Positions 29,044 through 38,516 of a stretch of 64,000 nt of DNA are shown in pieces (the stretch's first letter is position 1; every line of letters begins with the position of its first letter). Source of the DNA: Dehalococcoidia bacterium (GTDB lineage: Bacteria; Chloroflexota; Dehalococcoidia; Lucifugimonadales; Australimonadaceae); NCBI GenBank assembly GCA_034422595.1, contig DAOUJO010000003.1, positions 197,761 through 261,760 on the forward strand. The letters are read 5' to 3'. The notes beneath the pieces were generated by a model that searched no databases, was not told where the DNA came from, and worked only from the letters and a program-made list of their open reading frames with translations. Both the position numbers and the translations under genes were made by a program.

Positions 29044-29955
29044 CTATGCCCGGCCCCCGGAAACGAGGCTCCGCACCATCTCCACGGCTCGTGGAACGTC
29101 TACTCCGACCGCCGCCTTCACCGTCCCGCCTCCGTATCTTGCGATGGTCCGCCCTCGTTCATCCCCGCTCGTCACGACGGATACCTGCGCCGGGCGGCAC
29201 GTCAGGATGTCGGAGTCGATCGCTGCCGCCACAGCCAGCGGGTCGTGCAGGTAGAACTCCTGAAGGTCGCTCCGTTCCTGGAACCGGTCCGCCAGGATGC
29301 GGTTGCCCAGCTGAGCTGATTTCGATGTTCCCGCGAACCAGTGCGGGCCGTTCCGGCGATGCATCGACGTCCGGCGGGTCACGTCGAGACCGACGAGCGT
29401 CACAGGCACTCCCGAAGCGAAGACGGCGTTGGCGGCCCAGGGGTCTTCGTGGATGTTGAACTCGGCGTGGGGTGTGACGTTGCCCGGCGCCTCGAACGCT
29501 CCGCCCATGACGACTATCTCTGCGAGCGCATCCGCGAGGTCAGGGCGGCTCTCCAGCGCGGTGGCAATGTTGGTGAGCGGGCCGAGCGCGATCACGGTAG
29601 GTGGCCCGGCAGACGTCGCGGCACGATCGCGTATGAACTCGACCGCGCTCATCCCATGCGGCCTCAGCGCCGGGGCAGGCAGGCGAACGCCTAGTCCCTC
29701 CGAGCCGTGAACGTGGTACGCGTAGGTGAACGAGCCGTGCACCGGCCGGTCGGCGCCGACCGCTACGGGTATGGCGCTCTGCTTCCCGTCGAGGTATTCA
29801 ACCAGCCTGAGCGCGTTGTCGGTCGTATCCGACAGCGTCGCGTTCCCGCCGACCGTGGTGATGCCCTCGACCTGCAGGTCGGGGGAGTTCATCGCCATCA
29901 TGAGCGCGAGGGCGTCGTCGCTGCCGGGGTCGGTATCAACTATGACTGTACGCAT
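29044..29955 (-). CDS. nucleoside hydrolase (IUNH family)
   Basis: MRTVIVDTDPGSDDALALMMA... is the N-terminal DxDxxxDD aspartate cluster. Confidence 0.85.
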   Translation of the reverse strand: MRTVIVDTDPGSDDALALMMAMNSPDLQVEGITTVGGNATLSDTTDNALRLVEYLDGKQSAIPVAVGADRPVHGSFTYAYHVHGSEGLGVRLPAPALRPHGMSAVEFIRDRAATSAGPPTVIALGPLTNIATALESRPDLADALAEIVVMGGAFEAPGNVTPHAEFNIHEDPWAANAVFASGVPVTLVGLDVTRRTSMHRRNGPHWFAGTSKSAQLGNRILADRFQERSDLQEFYLHDPLAVAAAIDSDILTCRPAQVSVVTSGDERGRTIARYGGGTVKAAVGVDVPRAVEMVRSLVSGGRA

Positions 29956-30083
29956 ACGCGCGACACTTACTCCGTGGAAGTGGAAGAGTACGCTATCGTT
30001 CCTGAACGCTGGACGCTATATTCCAGTCAGCAGACAGTCTACGGCGGGCAGAGACGTGTTGGGATTCAGAGAGGAGCATCGCC

Positions 30084-30833
30084 ATGCTTGAACCCATCAA
30101 CTGGCGCGCGCGTATCGGCCTCATCACTACCAGCGGACAGCTCATCACCGAGTCCCGGTTCCCGTATCTCGCCCCCAGGGGCGTCACCTTCCACGTGACT
30201 CGCATGATGAACGCAGGCGGAGGCATGGCTGCTCTCATCGAGATGGAGAAGCAGTCCTGGCGCGCCGTGGAAGAGCTGTCCACCGCTCGCGTCACCTCGC
30301 TGGGGTACTGCTGCACGGTCAGTGGAGCGCTGCGCGGCCTGCAGGGCGACATCGACTTCTGCCGCGAGGTCGAGCAGCGGTACGCCATCCCGACCACCTC
30401 CACCATGCTGGCTGCCGTCGAAGCGCTCAAGACGCTCGGCCTGAAACGCATCGTGGTCACCAGCCCCTACCAGGACGATCACCACGACTCGGAGCGGAAG
30501 TACCTCGCGGAGGCAGGCATCGATGCCTTCAAGATGAGGGGCATGGGCAAGTCCACCAGCAAGGAGTTCAGCACGACGCAACCCCAAGAGATCTACGACT
30601 TCAGCATGGCTCACTGGGACCCCTCCGCCGACGGCTTGTTCGTGAGTTGCATGAACCTCGACGCCATCGCCGTAGCCCAGGATCTGGAGGAGGCCATCGG
30701 CAAGCCTGTGGTCACCTCGCACACCGTAACGCTGTGGCGCACTCTCTCCCTCTCGGGCATCGACGACCCTATCGAGGGACTGGGGCGTCTGCTGACGATG
30801 TCCCGCGTTGGCGCGGTGGCAGCGGTGGTGTAG
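30084..30833 (+). CDS. maleate cis-trans isomerase / arylmalonate decarboxylase-like protein (Asp/Glu racemase superfamily)
   Basis: 249 aa with two candidate catalytic Cys motifs, GYCCTVSG and FVSCMNLD, spaced as in maleate isomerases. Confidence 0.65.
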   Translation: MLEPINWRARIGLITTSGQLITESRFPYLAPRGVTFHVTRMMNAGGGMAALIEMEKQSWRAVEELSTARVTSLGYCCTVSGALRGLQGDIDFCREVEQRYAIPTTSTMLAAVEALKTLGLKRIVVTSPYQDDHHDSERKYLAEAGIDAFKMRGMGKSTSKEFSTTQPQEIYDFSMAHWDPSADGLFVSCMNLDAIAVAQDLEEAIGKPVVTSHTVTLWRTLSLSGIDDPIEGLGRLLTMSRVGAVAAVV

Positions 30834-30940
30834 GGCCGCCGCTGAAGCCCATCGACCCATACGCCGCACCCCGGACGATTCCTTGACACCCGGTTCGAAG
30901 ATTCCTAGTGTGCAGTCGTCGGCAGACGCGGAGGCACGAG

Positions 30941-32110
30941 ATGGCGAAGAACGGTTTCAAGGTCATCGACAGCGACATGCACATCATCGAGCCGGTGGAC
31001 CTCTGGCAGCGGTACATCGACCCCGGCTTCAGAGGCGTCGCTCCTATCGGCACTGCGAACAGCGCCTCCGATCTCAACCTCATCCACCCGGACGGACGTC
31101 TCTGGGGACGAGACCCCTTGCGCGCGATGCCCACGGGCCGCCCCGCCGGGCGCAACTCCGAGGAGGTGGAGGAGCGCTACCGCCCCCACGCTGATCGCGG
31201 CTACAGCAACGAGGTCCAGTTGGAGGCGATGGACATCGAGGGCATCGACGTGGCGGTCATCTACCCCAGCCGGGGACTGCACGCCCTGGGCGAGCCGGAC
31301 ATGGACCCCACGCTAGCGGCAGCCGTCGCCCGCGCCTACAACGACTGGCTCTTCGACTTCTGCAAGGCGGACCCTCAGCGGCTCTTGGGCGCGGGCATGC
31401 TCTCGGTCTTCAACGTGGACGACGCCGTTGCCGAATCGCGACGGGTCGTCAAGGATCTGGGCTTCCGCTCCGTCTTCCTGAGGCCCAACATGGTCAACAA
31501 CCGTCCCTGGCACGACCCGTACTACGAACCCCTCTGGGACACGCTGGAGGAGCTCGGGGTGCCGCTCGGCTTCCATGAGGCCATCTTCACGGGTCTGCCG
31601 GAGGTGGGCTGGCAGTTCGGCCAGAACTTCATGCTGCGCCACACCTTCTGTCACCCGGTGGAGCAGATGCTGTGTGTGGCCAGCTTCGCCGGTGCAGGCA
31701 TCTTCGAGCGCCACCCGGACCTCAAGGTGGCGTTCCTGGAGGGGAACTGCAGCTGGCTGCCCTTCTTCCTCTGGCGGCTCGACGAGCACTGGGAGCAGAT
31801 GGGGGACGTCTGGGCGCCGGAGCTCACGATGGCCCCGAGCGAGTACTTCAAGCGACAGGGTTATGCGTCGGTCGAAGCCGACGAGGAACCGGTGAAGTAC
31901 GCCATCGACTGGATGCCGAACCGGAACTTGGTCTTCTCGACCGACTACCCGCACGGAGACTCGAAGTACCCCTACGCGGTCGACCGCTTCCTCCGATTGG
32001 GCGCCGGCGACAACGGGGAGAAGCCGGGTATCAGTGATGAAGACAAGCGGAGGATCCTCTGGGATAACTGCGCCGCGCTGTATGGCATCAAGGAACCGGT
32101 AGCCAGCTGA
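30941..32110 (+). CDS. amidohydrolase_2 family protein
   Basis: MAKNGFKVIDSDMHIIEPVDLW...FSTDYPHGD. ATG at 30941 after GGAGG. Confidence 0.75.
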   Translation: MAKNGFKVIDSDMHIIEPVDLWQRYIDPGFRGVAPIGTANSASDLNLIHPDGRLWGRDPLRAMPTGRPAGRNSEEVEERYRPHADRGYSNEVQLEAMDIEGIDVAVIYPSRGLHALGEPDMDPTLAAAVARAYNDWLFDFCKADPQRLLGAGMLSVFNVDDAVAESRRVVKDLGFRSVFLRPNMVNNRPWHDPYYEPLWDTLEELGVPLGFHEAIFTGLPEVGWQFGQNFMLRHTFCHPVEQMLCVASFAGAGIFERHPDLKVAFLEGNCSWLPFFLWRLDEHWEQMGDVWAPELTMAPSEYFKRQGYASVEADEEPVKYAIDWMPNRNLVFSTDYPHGDSKYPYAVDRFLRLGAGDNGEKPGISDEDKRRILWDNCAALYGIKEPVAS

Positions 32111-32147
32111 CGATCTGCAGCCAGCACTCCCGGTACAGGAGGGAGAC

Positions 32148-33500
32148 ATGCCCTACAACAGACAGGGACGGACCAAGGACTTCCCGGTGTTCGACTGCGA
32201 CAGTCACATCTTCGAGCCCCCCGACGTGTGGGAGAAGTACATCCCGGCCCATCAGAGGGAGTTCGCCAAGTCTCACCTCTACGTCGACAACGACCGGGGC
32301 ATCCGTGTGCTGAACGGCAGGAAGTCGTTCCTGGACCCACGCACCTTCTCGTATGCGGCCGAGGTCTGGAACCCCACGATAACGAAGAGCGACATCGGTG
32401 CGGTCAGCCCCGAAGACCCCGATTGGGACGAGCGTGTAGGGAGGAACGCCATCACGAGGGACCCCTATGCTCGTCTGCTGGAGATGGACGCCTGCGGCAT
32501 CGATCAGGTGATGGTTTTCCCTTCGGCGCCCATGATCCAGATGCCGTTGGTGAAGAATGCAGAGGCCGCGCGCATCTGTGCCCGCGCCTACAACGACTGG
32601 GTCGATGACTACTGCTCAGTCAACAGGCGGCGGCTGTTCCCCTGTGGCATCATCGCCCCTCAGGACGTGGACTTCGCCATCGAGGAGTTGCGCCGCATCG
32701 CCGGAATGGGGTTCAAGGCTGCCGCCGTGCGGCCCATCCTGTCCAACGGGAGATACCCGACCTTCCCCGAGTATGACCGGCTCTGGCATGAGTTCGAATC
32801 GCTGGGTCTGGCGTTGTGCGTGCACACCTTCATCGCGCCCGGGACCATGAGCCTGGAGTTGGCCGAGCGGATAGCGGCGGTCCACGAGAGCGCCGGAGCG
32901 ACGGCTCCCTCGACTTTCGAGCCTGAGGTCAGCGCGTACTCGCCCGGCCAGTTCGTACCCAACATCATGGAGGCCATGGGGTCGGCGGTTCCGTCGCTGG
33001 AGCCGCTGAGTTTCGTTGCCGAAGCCATGAACTGGCTGACCATCGTGCTCATGTCGGGCTGGCTGGAGAAGTTCCCCAAGCTCCGGGTAGCCGTGCTGGA
33101 GTCCAACGCGTCCTGGCTGCCGCTGGTGCTGGAGAAAGCCGAGGGTTTCCTGGACCTCCACCGGCATGTCCTGGAGCGGGCAAACCTGAAGATCGGCGAT
33201 CCGGAGGAAGTCTTCAACCGGCAGTGCTTCATCGGTTTCGAGGCTGATGAGGACCCCGTGCTCCGCCTGTGGGACATGTACGAGAACGTGGGGATATGGG
33301 CCTCGGACATGCCGCACCATGACGCCATGGATGCTTGGGAAGCCATCGACCGCATGAATCGGTGCGGTGTGCCGCAGGACGCCCAGTTGAAATTCCTGGG
33401 GCGGAACGCCTGCCGTCTGTACGGGATCGAGCAGCAATTGTTCGTCACCGAGGCGCCCGCGGAGTACACGCCCCGGAAGCTGCCTCGCGTGCTCTCGTAG
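32148..33500 (+). CDS. amidohydrolase_2 family protein
   Basis: ...FPVFDCDSHIFEPPDVW...WASDMPHHD. Paralogue of 30941..32110 and 24799..25851. Confidence 0.75.
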   Translation: MPYNRQGRTKDFPVFDCDSHIFEPPDVWEKYIPAHQREFAKSHLYVDNDRGIRVLNGRKSFLDPRTFSYAAEVWNPTITKSDIGAVSPEDPDWDERVGRNAITRDPYARLLEMDACGIDQVMVFPSAPMIQMPLVKNAEAARICARAYNDWVDDYCSVNRRRLFPCGIIAPQDVDFAIEELRRIAGMGFKAAAVRPILSNGRYPTFPEYDRLWHEFESLGLALCVHTFIAPGTMSLELAERIAAVHESAGATAPSTFEPEVSAYSPGQFVPNIMEAMGSAVPSLEPLSFVAEAMNWLTIVLMSGWLEKFPKLRVAVLESNASWLPLVLEKAEGFLDLHRHVLERANLKIGDPEEVFNRQCFIGFEADEDPVLRLWDMYENVGIWASDMPHHDAMDAWEAIDRMNRCGVPQDAQLKFLGRNACRLYGIEQQLFVTEAPAEYTPRKLPRVLS

Positions 33501-33514
33501 CAGCGCCGAACGTT

Positions 33515-34429
33515 CTACGCCTGCTCTCTTCCCCCGGCGAAGTCGATGCCTGCCGCCTCTTCCTGGAGCTTCAACAGGGCCGCAGTGCTCTGCCGGCCCC
33601 AGCCTCGCACCATCCCTTCGACCATGTACTGCTCAACCAGGGCGGCTATCGGCATCGGCACGTTGAGCTCGCGGGCGACGTCCATCGCTAAGCCCACGTC
33701 CTTCCGCGAGAGCGCCAGCGTAAAGGTTGCCGGCGCGTCGGAGGGTGGCTCGGACACGGCCCTGGCGAAGGACTCCCTGAGCTGGTGCATCTGCGTGTCC
33801 AGTCCCCAGTACATACACTCCCAGAGGGTCGACGGGTCGACGCCGGCCTTCGCTCCCAGCACCAACCCCTCGCCGATGGCCAGGCCGATACCCCGACGGA
33901 CCAGGTTGTGGGCCAGCTTGATGTACGTACCCGTTCCCAACTCCCCGGTGTACACGACCGTGTCCGAGAAGGCGTCCAGCACCGGCTTCACGCGGTCATA
34001 CGCGGCCCGGTCTCCGCTGGCCAGCACCTGCACGCTTCGTTCCCGGATGCCTCCCTTCCCGACGATCAGGGGCGCGTCCAGCACTTCGACGCCCTTCGCG
34101 CGGAACGCCTCCCCGATCTTGCGGATCGTGTTGGGGTGGCTGCTCGACAGGTCAACGTACACCTTCCCGCTTCCGACGCCCGACATGAGCCCGCCGGAGC
34201 CCAGCGCAACCTGCTCCACTTCCTTCGGGCTGGGAAGCGACGTCACGATGACGTCCGATCCTTCGGCTACCTCCGCAGGCGTGGCGCCGAAACGCGCGCC
34301 CGATTCCAGGAGCGGGCGAGTCGCCTCTTCGTGGAGGTCGTTGACGATCAGCGGGTAGCCGGCCGCGCCGATGTTCGCGGCGATGGCGCCGCCCATGTTC
34401 CCCAGCCCTATGAACCCTACGGTCTCCAT
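33515..34429 (-). CDS. NAD(P)-dependent oxidoreductase, 3-hydroxyisobutyrate / 6-phosphogluconate dehydrogenase-like
   Basis: METVGFIGLGNMGGAIAANI... is the dinucleotide fold of the HIBADH family. Confidence 0.8.
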   Translation of the reverse strand: METVGFIGLGNMGGAIAANIGAAGYPLIVNDLHEEATRPLLESGARFGATPAEVAEGSDVIVTSLPSPKEVEQVALGSGGLMSGVGSGKVYVDLSSSHPNTIRKIGEAFRAKGVEVLDAPLIVGKGGIRERSVQVLASGDRAAYDRVKPVLDAFSDTVVYTGELGTGTYIKLAHNLVRRGIGLAIGEGLVLGAKAGVDPSTLWECMYWGLDTQMHQLRESFARAVSEPPSDAPATFTLALSRKDVGLAMDVARELNVPMPIAALVEQYMVEGMVRGWGRQSTAALLKLQEEAAGIDFAGGREQA

Positions 34430-34442
34430 GGCGCCCCCTTCT

Positions 34443-35381
34443 CTACCTGTTCCGGGTCAACTCCCCGGCCAGGTCCGTAAGCCCCTCCGTCAGGTCGTAA
34501 GCACTCCGGTAGCCCGTCTCTTCCTGCAGACGGAGGATGCTCAGGGGCTGCGCCCGGTCCGGTGTGTAGTTCATGCTCCCGCCCTCCACAGGCCGCACCT
34601 CCACGCCGGGGAGCGCGGCCTGGAAAGCCTTCACGACGTGCTCCACTTTGGACAGCACCCCGCTGCCCAGGTTGAAGACCCGGCTCTCGAGCGGCTTTTC
34701 GCAGAGCAGGGCCACGCCCTGGGCCACGTCCCTGGCGTAGACGTAGTCGTTGGACCCGAAGAGCTGGGAGTCCACTTCGACGGGGCCACCCCGAAGGCCG
34801 GTCTCCATCAGCCGGTGCAGGACCTCGCCGATCAGGTCTCCTCCCGCGTAATGGCCGAATCCATACACCTGGGCGAACCGCGCGGTCGCGACCTCGAGGC
34901 CGTAGTGGCCGGCGTAGCCTTGGAGGATCACCTCACAGGCCAGCTTGCTGGCCCTGTAGAACGCGTTGCTGACGACCGGGTAGTCCTCGGTAACCGGAGA
35001 CGTTGGCCGCAGCCCCCACTGGTATACCCCGAACGTGCTGGCGAATATCAGCCGTCGCGCGCCGGTCAGCCGGGCGGCTTCGGCCACGGCGATCGCGCCC
35101 CCGATGTTCGCGCCGAGACCGGCGTAGGGCCGTTGGGCGAGGCGATCGCCGATCACATAGGCGGTGTGGACGACGGCGTCCGTCCGCTCCTGCTGCATGG
35201 TCTCGATCAGCGCCGGGAGGTCCCGCACGTCCCCCCGGACCACCGGCAGGTCGCCTGCCACTCTGCGGATGTAGTCCTCGCGGGGAGAGACGTCGTAGAG
35301 GGCGGCTCGATGCCCGCGCTCCGACAACGTTCGCGCAACGTGGCATCCGACCAGACCTGCACCCGTGATCAAGATGTTCAT
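34443..35381 (-). CDS. NAD-dependent epimerase/dehydratase (extended SDR)
   Basis: MNILITGAGLVGCHVARTL... has the GxxGxxG motif, and YRASK is a YxxxK motif. Confidence 0.75.
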   Translation of the reverse strand: MNILITGAGLVGCHVARTLSERGHRAALYDVSPREDYIRRVAGDLPVVRGDVRDLPALIETMQQERTDAVVHTAYVIGDRLAQRPYAGLGANIGGAIAVAEAARLTGARRLIFASTFGVYQWGLRPTSPVTEDYPVVSNAFYRASKLACEVILQGYAGHYGLEVATARFAQVYGFGHYAGGDLIGEVLHRLMETGLRGGPVEVDSQLFGSNDYVYARDVAQGVALLCEKPLESRVFNLGSGVLSKVEHVVKAFQAALPGVEVRPVEGGSMNYTPDRAQPLSILRLQEETGYRSAYDLTEGLTDLAGELTRNR

Positions 35382-35424
35382 TCGCTGTCCTCACGGCCCC
35401 GCAACGGTGCTGCCGCCGGCCCTG

Positions 35425-35757
35425 TCAGGCCGGATGGGGCGAGCGGTCGATGATGACCCAGCGCTCTGCGATCCGGCCGTCGACGACGCGAAGGACCTCT
35501 ACGCCCCGGGGCATGCGCATCACCACCTTGTCGTCCTCGGCGATGAGGTCCTCGATCTCTATATGGAAGTCCGGGCGCTTGCGGAGGTTGATGACGAGGT
35601 TGCGGATGCCCTCCCTGCCCACGGCGGGGCCGAAAGCGCTGGAGTTGAAGACATCTCTGAAGTCGGGGGCGATGAGCTCGTCGATGAGTTCCAGCCTGCC
35701 CTGGTTCTCCACCTCCTCGTAGAAGCGTCGAACGATCTCCTTGTTCTCGGCGGACAT
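35425..35757 (-). CDS. SnoaL-like (ester cyclase / NTF2-fold) protein
   Basis: MSAENKEIVRRFYEEVENQGRLELIDELIAPDF...DGRIAERW is a typical SnoaL-like pattern. Confidence 0.7.
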   Translation of the reverse strand: MSAENKEIVRRFYEEVENQGRLELIDELIAPDFRDVFNSSAFGPAVGREGIRNLVINLRKRPDFHIEIEDLIAEDDKVVMRMPRGVEVLRVVDGRIAERWVIIDRSPHPA

Positions 35758-35858
35758 CGGGGTCCCTCCTGTTGGGGGTCGTATCTCCGGGGGCCGTCTC
35801 CGGGGGGATGCTAGGAGCCGCTCCCAGGAGCGTCAAGGTTGGTGCCTGCGATGCTGCG

Positions 35859-38387
35859 TCACTCCCCTGCATCCTCCGGCGGCGACGAGCGTTCTTCGCT
35901 GTCGCTGCCCCAACAGACGGGCGTGCCGTCCGCTTCCAGCGCGCAGGTGTGGTCTGTTCCTGCGCTGATCGCCACGAACGTCTTGCCTGTCGGCGGTGAT
36001 GACTTATCGTGGTCATCCTTACCCCAGCATTGGGGCGTGCCGTCATCCCTGAGCGCGCAGCTGTGCCGTCGTGCACACGAGATTGAAGCGAAGTCACTGC
36101 CCGTGGGAGCAGATAATAGGTCCCATCTGTCACTGAATCCCCAGCAGGCGATGGAGCCGTCCGTCTTGATCCCACACGTGTGCAGGTCGCCCGCACTGAT
36201 TGCCGTGAACGTGGCGTCTTCCGGTGGTGTCATCTGGCCGTAGTCGTTGCTAACGCCTCCCCAGCACAAGGGGATGCCGTTCGCTTGGAGCCCGCACGTG
36301 TGCGTTTCCCCCGCGCTGATCGCCGTGAACGTCTTGCCCTCCGGCGGCGATGATTGCTTACTCCCGTCGCCGCCCCAGCACGCGGGCGTGCCGTCGCTCT
36401 TCAGTGCGCACGCGTGGATGTACCCGACACTGATGGTGGTGTACGTGTTGCCGGAGGGAGGAGTGGACTGGTGATAGTTGTTGTCGTCGTCGCCCCAACA
36501 GGCAAGTGAGCCGTCGGTCTTGAGTCCGCACGTGTGTGAGCCGCCGGTGCCGATGGCAGTCAACGTCGTGTCTGCGGGCGGTGACGATTGATTCTTGGAG
36601 TTGTCGCCCCAGCAGACGGGCGTGCCGTCTGATTCGAGCATGCATGAATGCGCATCGCCTGCTCCAATGGTCCGTTGAGACGCTGGCTCGGGGTCAGGTG
36701 CTGGTTCCGGCGTAGGAGTAGGTGTTGGTGTCGGAGTAGGAGTTGCCGTAGGAGTAGGTGTCGGGGTGGGCGTGGGAGTAGGGGTAGGCGTGGGAGTAGG
36801 GGTAGGCGTGGGAGTAGGGGTAGGTGTGGGAGTAGGCGTAGGAGTACCCGTTGGTGTCGCGGTAGGTGTCGGCGTCGGTGTGGGTGTAGGAGTGGGCGTA
36901 GGGGTAGCCGTAGGTGTCGCAGTAGGCGTGGGCGTAGGCGTGGGCGTAGGAGTAGGCGTGGGGGTCGGTGTGGGCGTTGCCGTTGGAGTCGGCGTCGGGG
37001 TAGGTGTCGGGGTTGGGTCCAGGGTGGGTGGGGATGATTGCCCCGAGCCGTTGCTGCCCCAACAGACGAGTATGTCGTCAGATGTCAGCGCGCAGGTGTG
37101 CTGTTCCCCAGCGCTTATCTGCACGAACGTCGAACGGGTGGGAGGCGTGGACTGGCCCTGGTCGTCCTTGCCCCAACAGACGGCCGTCCCGTCGGAAGTC
37201 AAGGCGCAGCTATGGCGCCATCCGCAAGAGAGCGAAGTGAACGTCTGATCGGTAGGCACGCCGGATACCTGGTTCTCGTTGTCCAGTCCCCAGCAGACCA
37301 CGAAGCCGTCCGATTTGATCCCGCAGGTATGGAGATAGCCCGCGCTGATCCTGGTGAACGTGGTATCCGCCGGAGGCGTTACCTGGCCGCGGTCGTTGTC
37401 CACGCCGCCCCAACACACTGCAGTGCCGGTGGTGGTGAGGGCGCAGGTGTGAGTCTCTCCGGCAGTTATCGCCGTGAAGGTCGAGTCTGTCGGTGGGGAC
37501 GATTGGTCCTTCTCATCATCACCCCAACAGATTGGCGTGCCATCGCTCTCCAACGCACAGGTATGAACGTATCCTGCGCTGACGCTGACGAACGTCTTGC
37601 CAGAGGGAGGGGACGCCTGTCCGTTGTCGTCCTCTCCCCAGCAGATGGGCGAACCGTCGGCTTTGAGCCCGCACGTGTGTGACCCACCGGCGGTGATGCC
37701 GGTCAATGCGGTGCCTGCAGGCGGAGACGATTGGTCCTTCTCGTCGTTACCCCAGCAGACGGGTGTGCCGTCTGACTCGAGTGCACATGCATGGAGGCCG
37801 CCCGCTCCTATGGTCTGCTGAGCTGCTTCCATTATGGGCACAGGCGTAGGAGTAGGCGTCGGTGTGGGTGTTGGAGTAGGTGTCGGAGTAGGCGAAGGGG
37901 TTGGAGTGGATGTAGGCGTTGGTGTTGGTGGAGGGGGCGGCGCGGGAGTATTGGTTGGCGTAGGAGAAGGTGTCGGGGTAGGGGTGGGTGTGGGAGTGGG
38001 CGTAGAGGTTGCACCAACGTTACGCGCCTTGACGGACGTCGGCGGTGGCGTCGGGGTAGGAGTGACCGTAGGTGTGGGCGTGGGCACGAGGGTTGGGGTC
38101 GGGGTTGGGACAGGAGTGCGTGTGGGAGTGGGGAATGCTGTCGGCGTCGGAGATGGAGTCGGCGTGACGGTCGATGTGGGGGTGGGAGTAGTGTAGGCGG
38201 CGGCGGTCGGTACAGGTGTACTTGTTGGAGTTGGCGTAGGCGTGGGAGTTGACGTCGGAAGCGGCGTAGGCGTTGGAGGAGCCTCGGGGATCGGGATGAA
38301 GGACGAGGCTGAGGCGTCATCGCATGCGCATATCAGTACTATCAGACTGATACTGATAAGAAGCAGCGGTAGGCGGCGTGGTACCAA
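35859..38387 (-). CDS. exported protein with two tandem seven-bladed RCC1-like beta-propellers separated by long Pro-Thr linkers
   Basis: TTG start. The N-terminal hydrophobic signal [22 protein letters not shown] is followed by about 150 aa of PT-rich linker. Then come seven repeats of G-x-x-H-[TS]-C-[AG]-[LI]-x-x-D-G-x-x-x-C-W-G, about 110 aa of near-pure (PT)n, and seven more repeats. Confidence 0.8.
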   Translation of the reverse strand: MVPRRLPLLLISISLIVLICACDDASASSFIPIPEAPPTPTPLPTSTPTPTPTPTSTPVPTAAAYTTPTPTSTVTPTPSPTPTAFPTPTRTPVPTPTPTLVPTPTPTVTPTPTPPPTSVKARNVGATSTPTPTPTPTPTPSPTPTNTPAPPPPPTPTPTSTPTPSPTPTPTPTPTPTPTPTPVPIMEAAQQTIGAGGLHACALESDGTPVCWGNDEKDQSSPPAGTALTGITAGGSHTCGLKADGSPICWGEDDNGQASPPSGKTFVSVSAGYVHTCALESDGTPICWGDDEKDQSSPPTDSTFTAITAGETHTCALTTTGTAVCWGGVDNDRGQVTPPADTTFTRISAGYLHTCGIKSDGFVVCWGLDNENQVSGVPTDQTFTSLSCGWRHSCALTSDGTAVCWGKDDQGQSTPPTRSTFVQISAGEQHTCALTSDDILVCWGSNGSGQSSPPTLDPTPTPTPTPTPTATPTPTPTPTPTPTPTPTPTATPTATPTPTPTPTPTPTPTATPTGTPTPTPTPTPTPTPTPTPTPTPTPTPTPTPTPTATPTPTPTPTPTPEPAPDPEPASQRTIGAGDAHSCMLESDGTPVCWGDNSKNQSSPPADTTLTAIGTGGSHTCGLKTDGSLACWGDDDNNYHQSTPPSGNTYTTISVGYIHACALKSDGTPACWGGDGSKQSSPPEGKTFTAISAGETHTCGLQANGIPLCWGGVSNDYGQMTPPEDATFTAISAGDLHTCGIKTDGSIACWGFSDRWDLLSAPTGSDFASISCARRHSCALRDDGTPQCWGKDDHDKSSPPTGKTFVAISAGTDHTCALEADGTPVCWGSDSEERSSPPEDAGE
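36684..37025. repeat. low-complexity (ACN-CCN)n tract encoding Pro-Thr linker 2
   Basis: Plus strand reads ggtgtnggngtagg... hexamer-like repeats. It generates spurious GVGVGV ORFs on the opposite strand. Boundaries are approximate. Confidence 0.8.
37836..38282. repeat. low-complexity tract encoding Pro-Thr linker 1
   Basis: Same ggngtngg periodicity as 36684..37025 but more degenerate (also S, A and V codons). Boundaries are approximate. Confidence 0.75.
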
Positions 38388-38516
38388 GTGATGTGCGGCA
38401 TGGTTGGATGCCGCAGATTGGCATCCACCACGGTTAGAAGATGCTGCAAGGATAGAGGTTCTATGATACTGTTATCAATCTACTGTGCTGGACAGGCTCA
38501 GGATGAGAGGGCACGC

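Noticed and set aside
36766-38196. ORFs encoding (GV)n or (RR/GR)-rich peptides (36766..37248, 37834..38196, 36648..37037, 37791..38252).
   Set aside because: They are reverse or shifted-frame readings of the Pro-Thr linker DNA inside the RCC1-like gene. The propeller repeats on the minus strand give the only coherent reading.
36684-38282. A possible CRISPR array or satellite, because of the strong short periodicity.
   Set aside because: The period is 6 nt, there is no repeat-spacer organisation, and the tracts are in frame within a coding sequence. They are codon-level low complexity.
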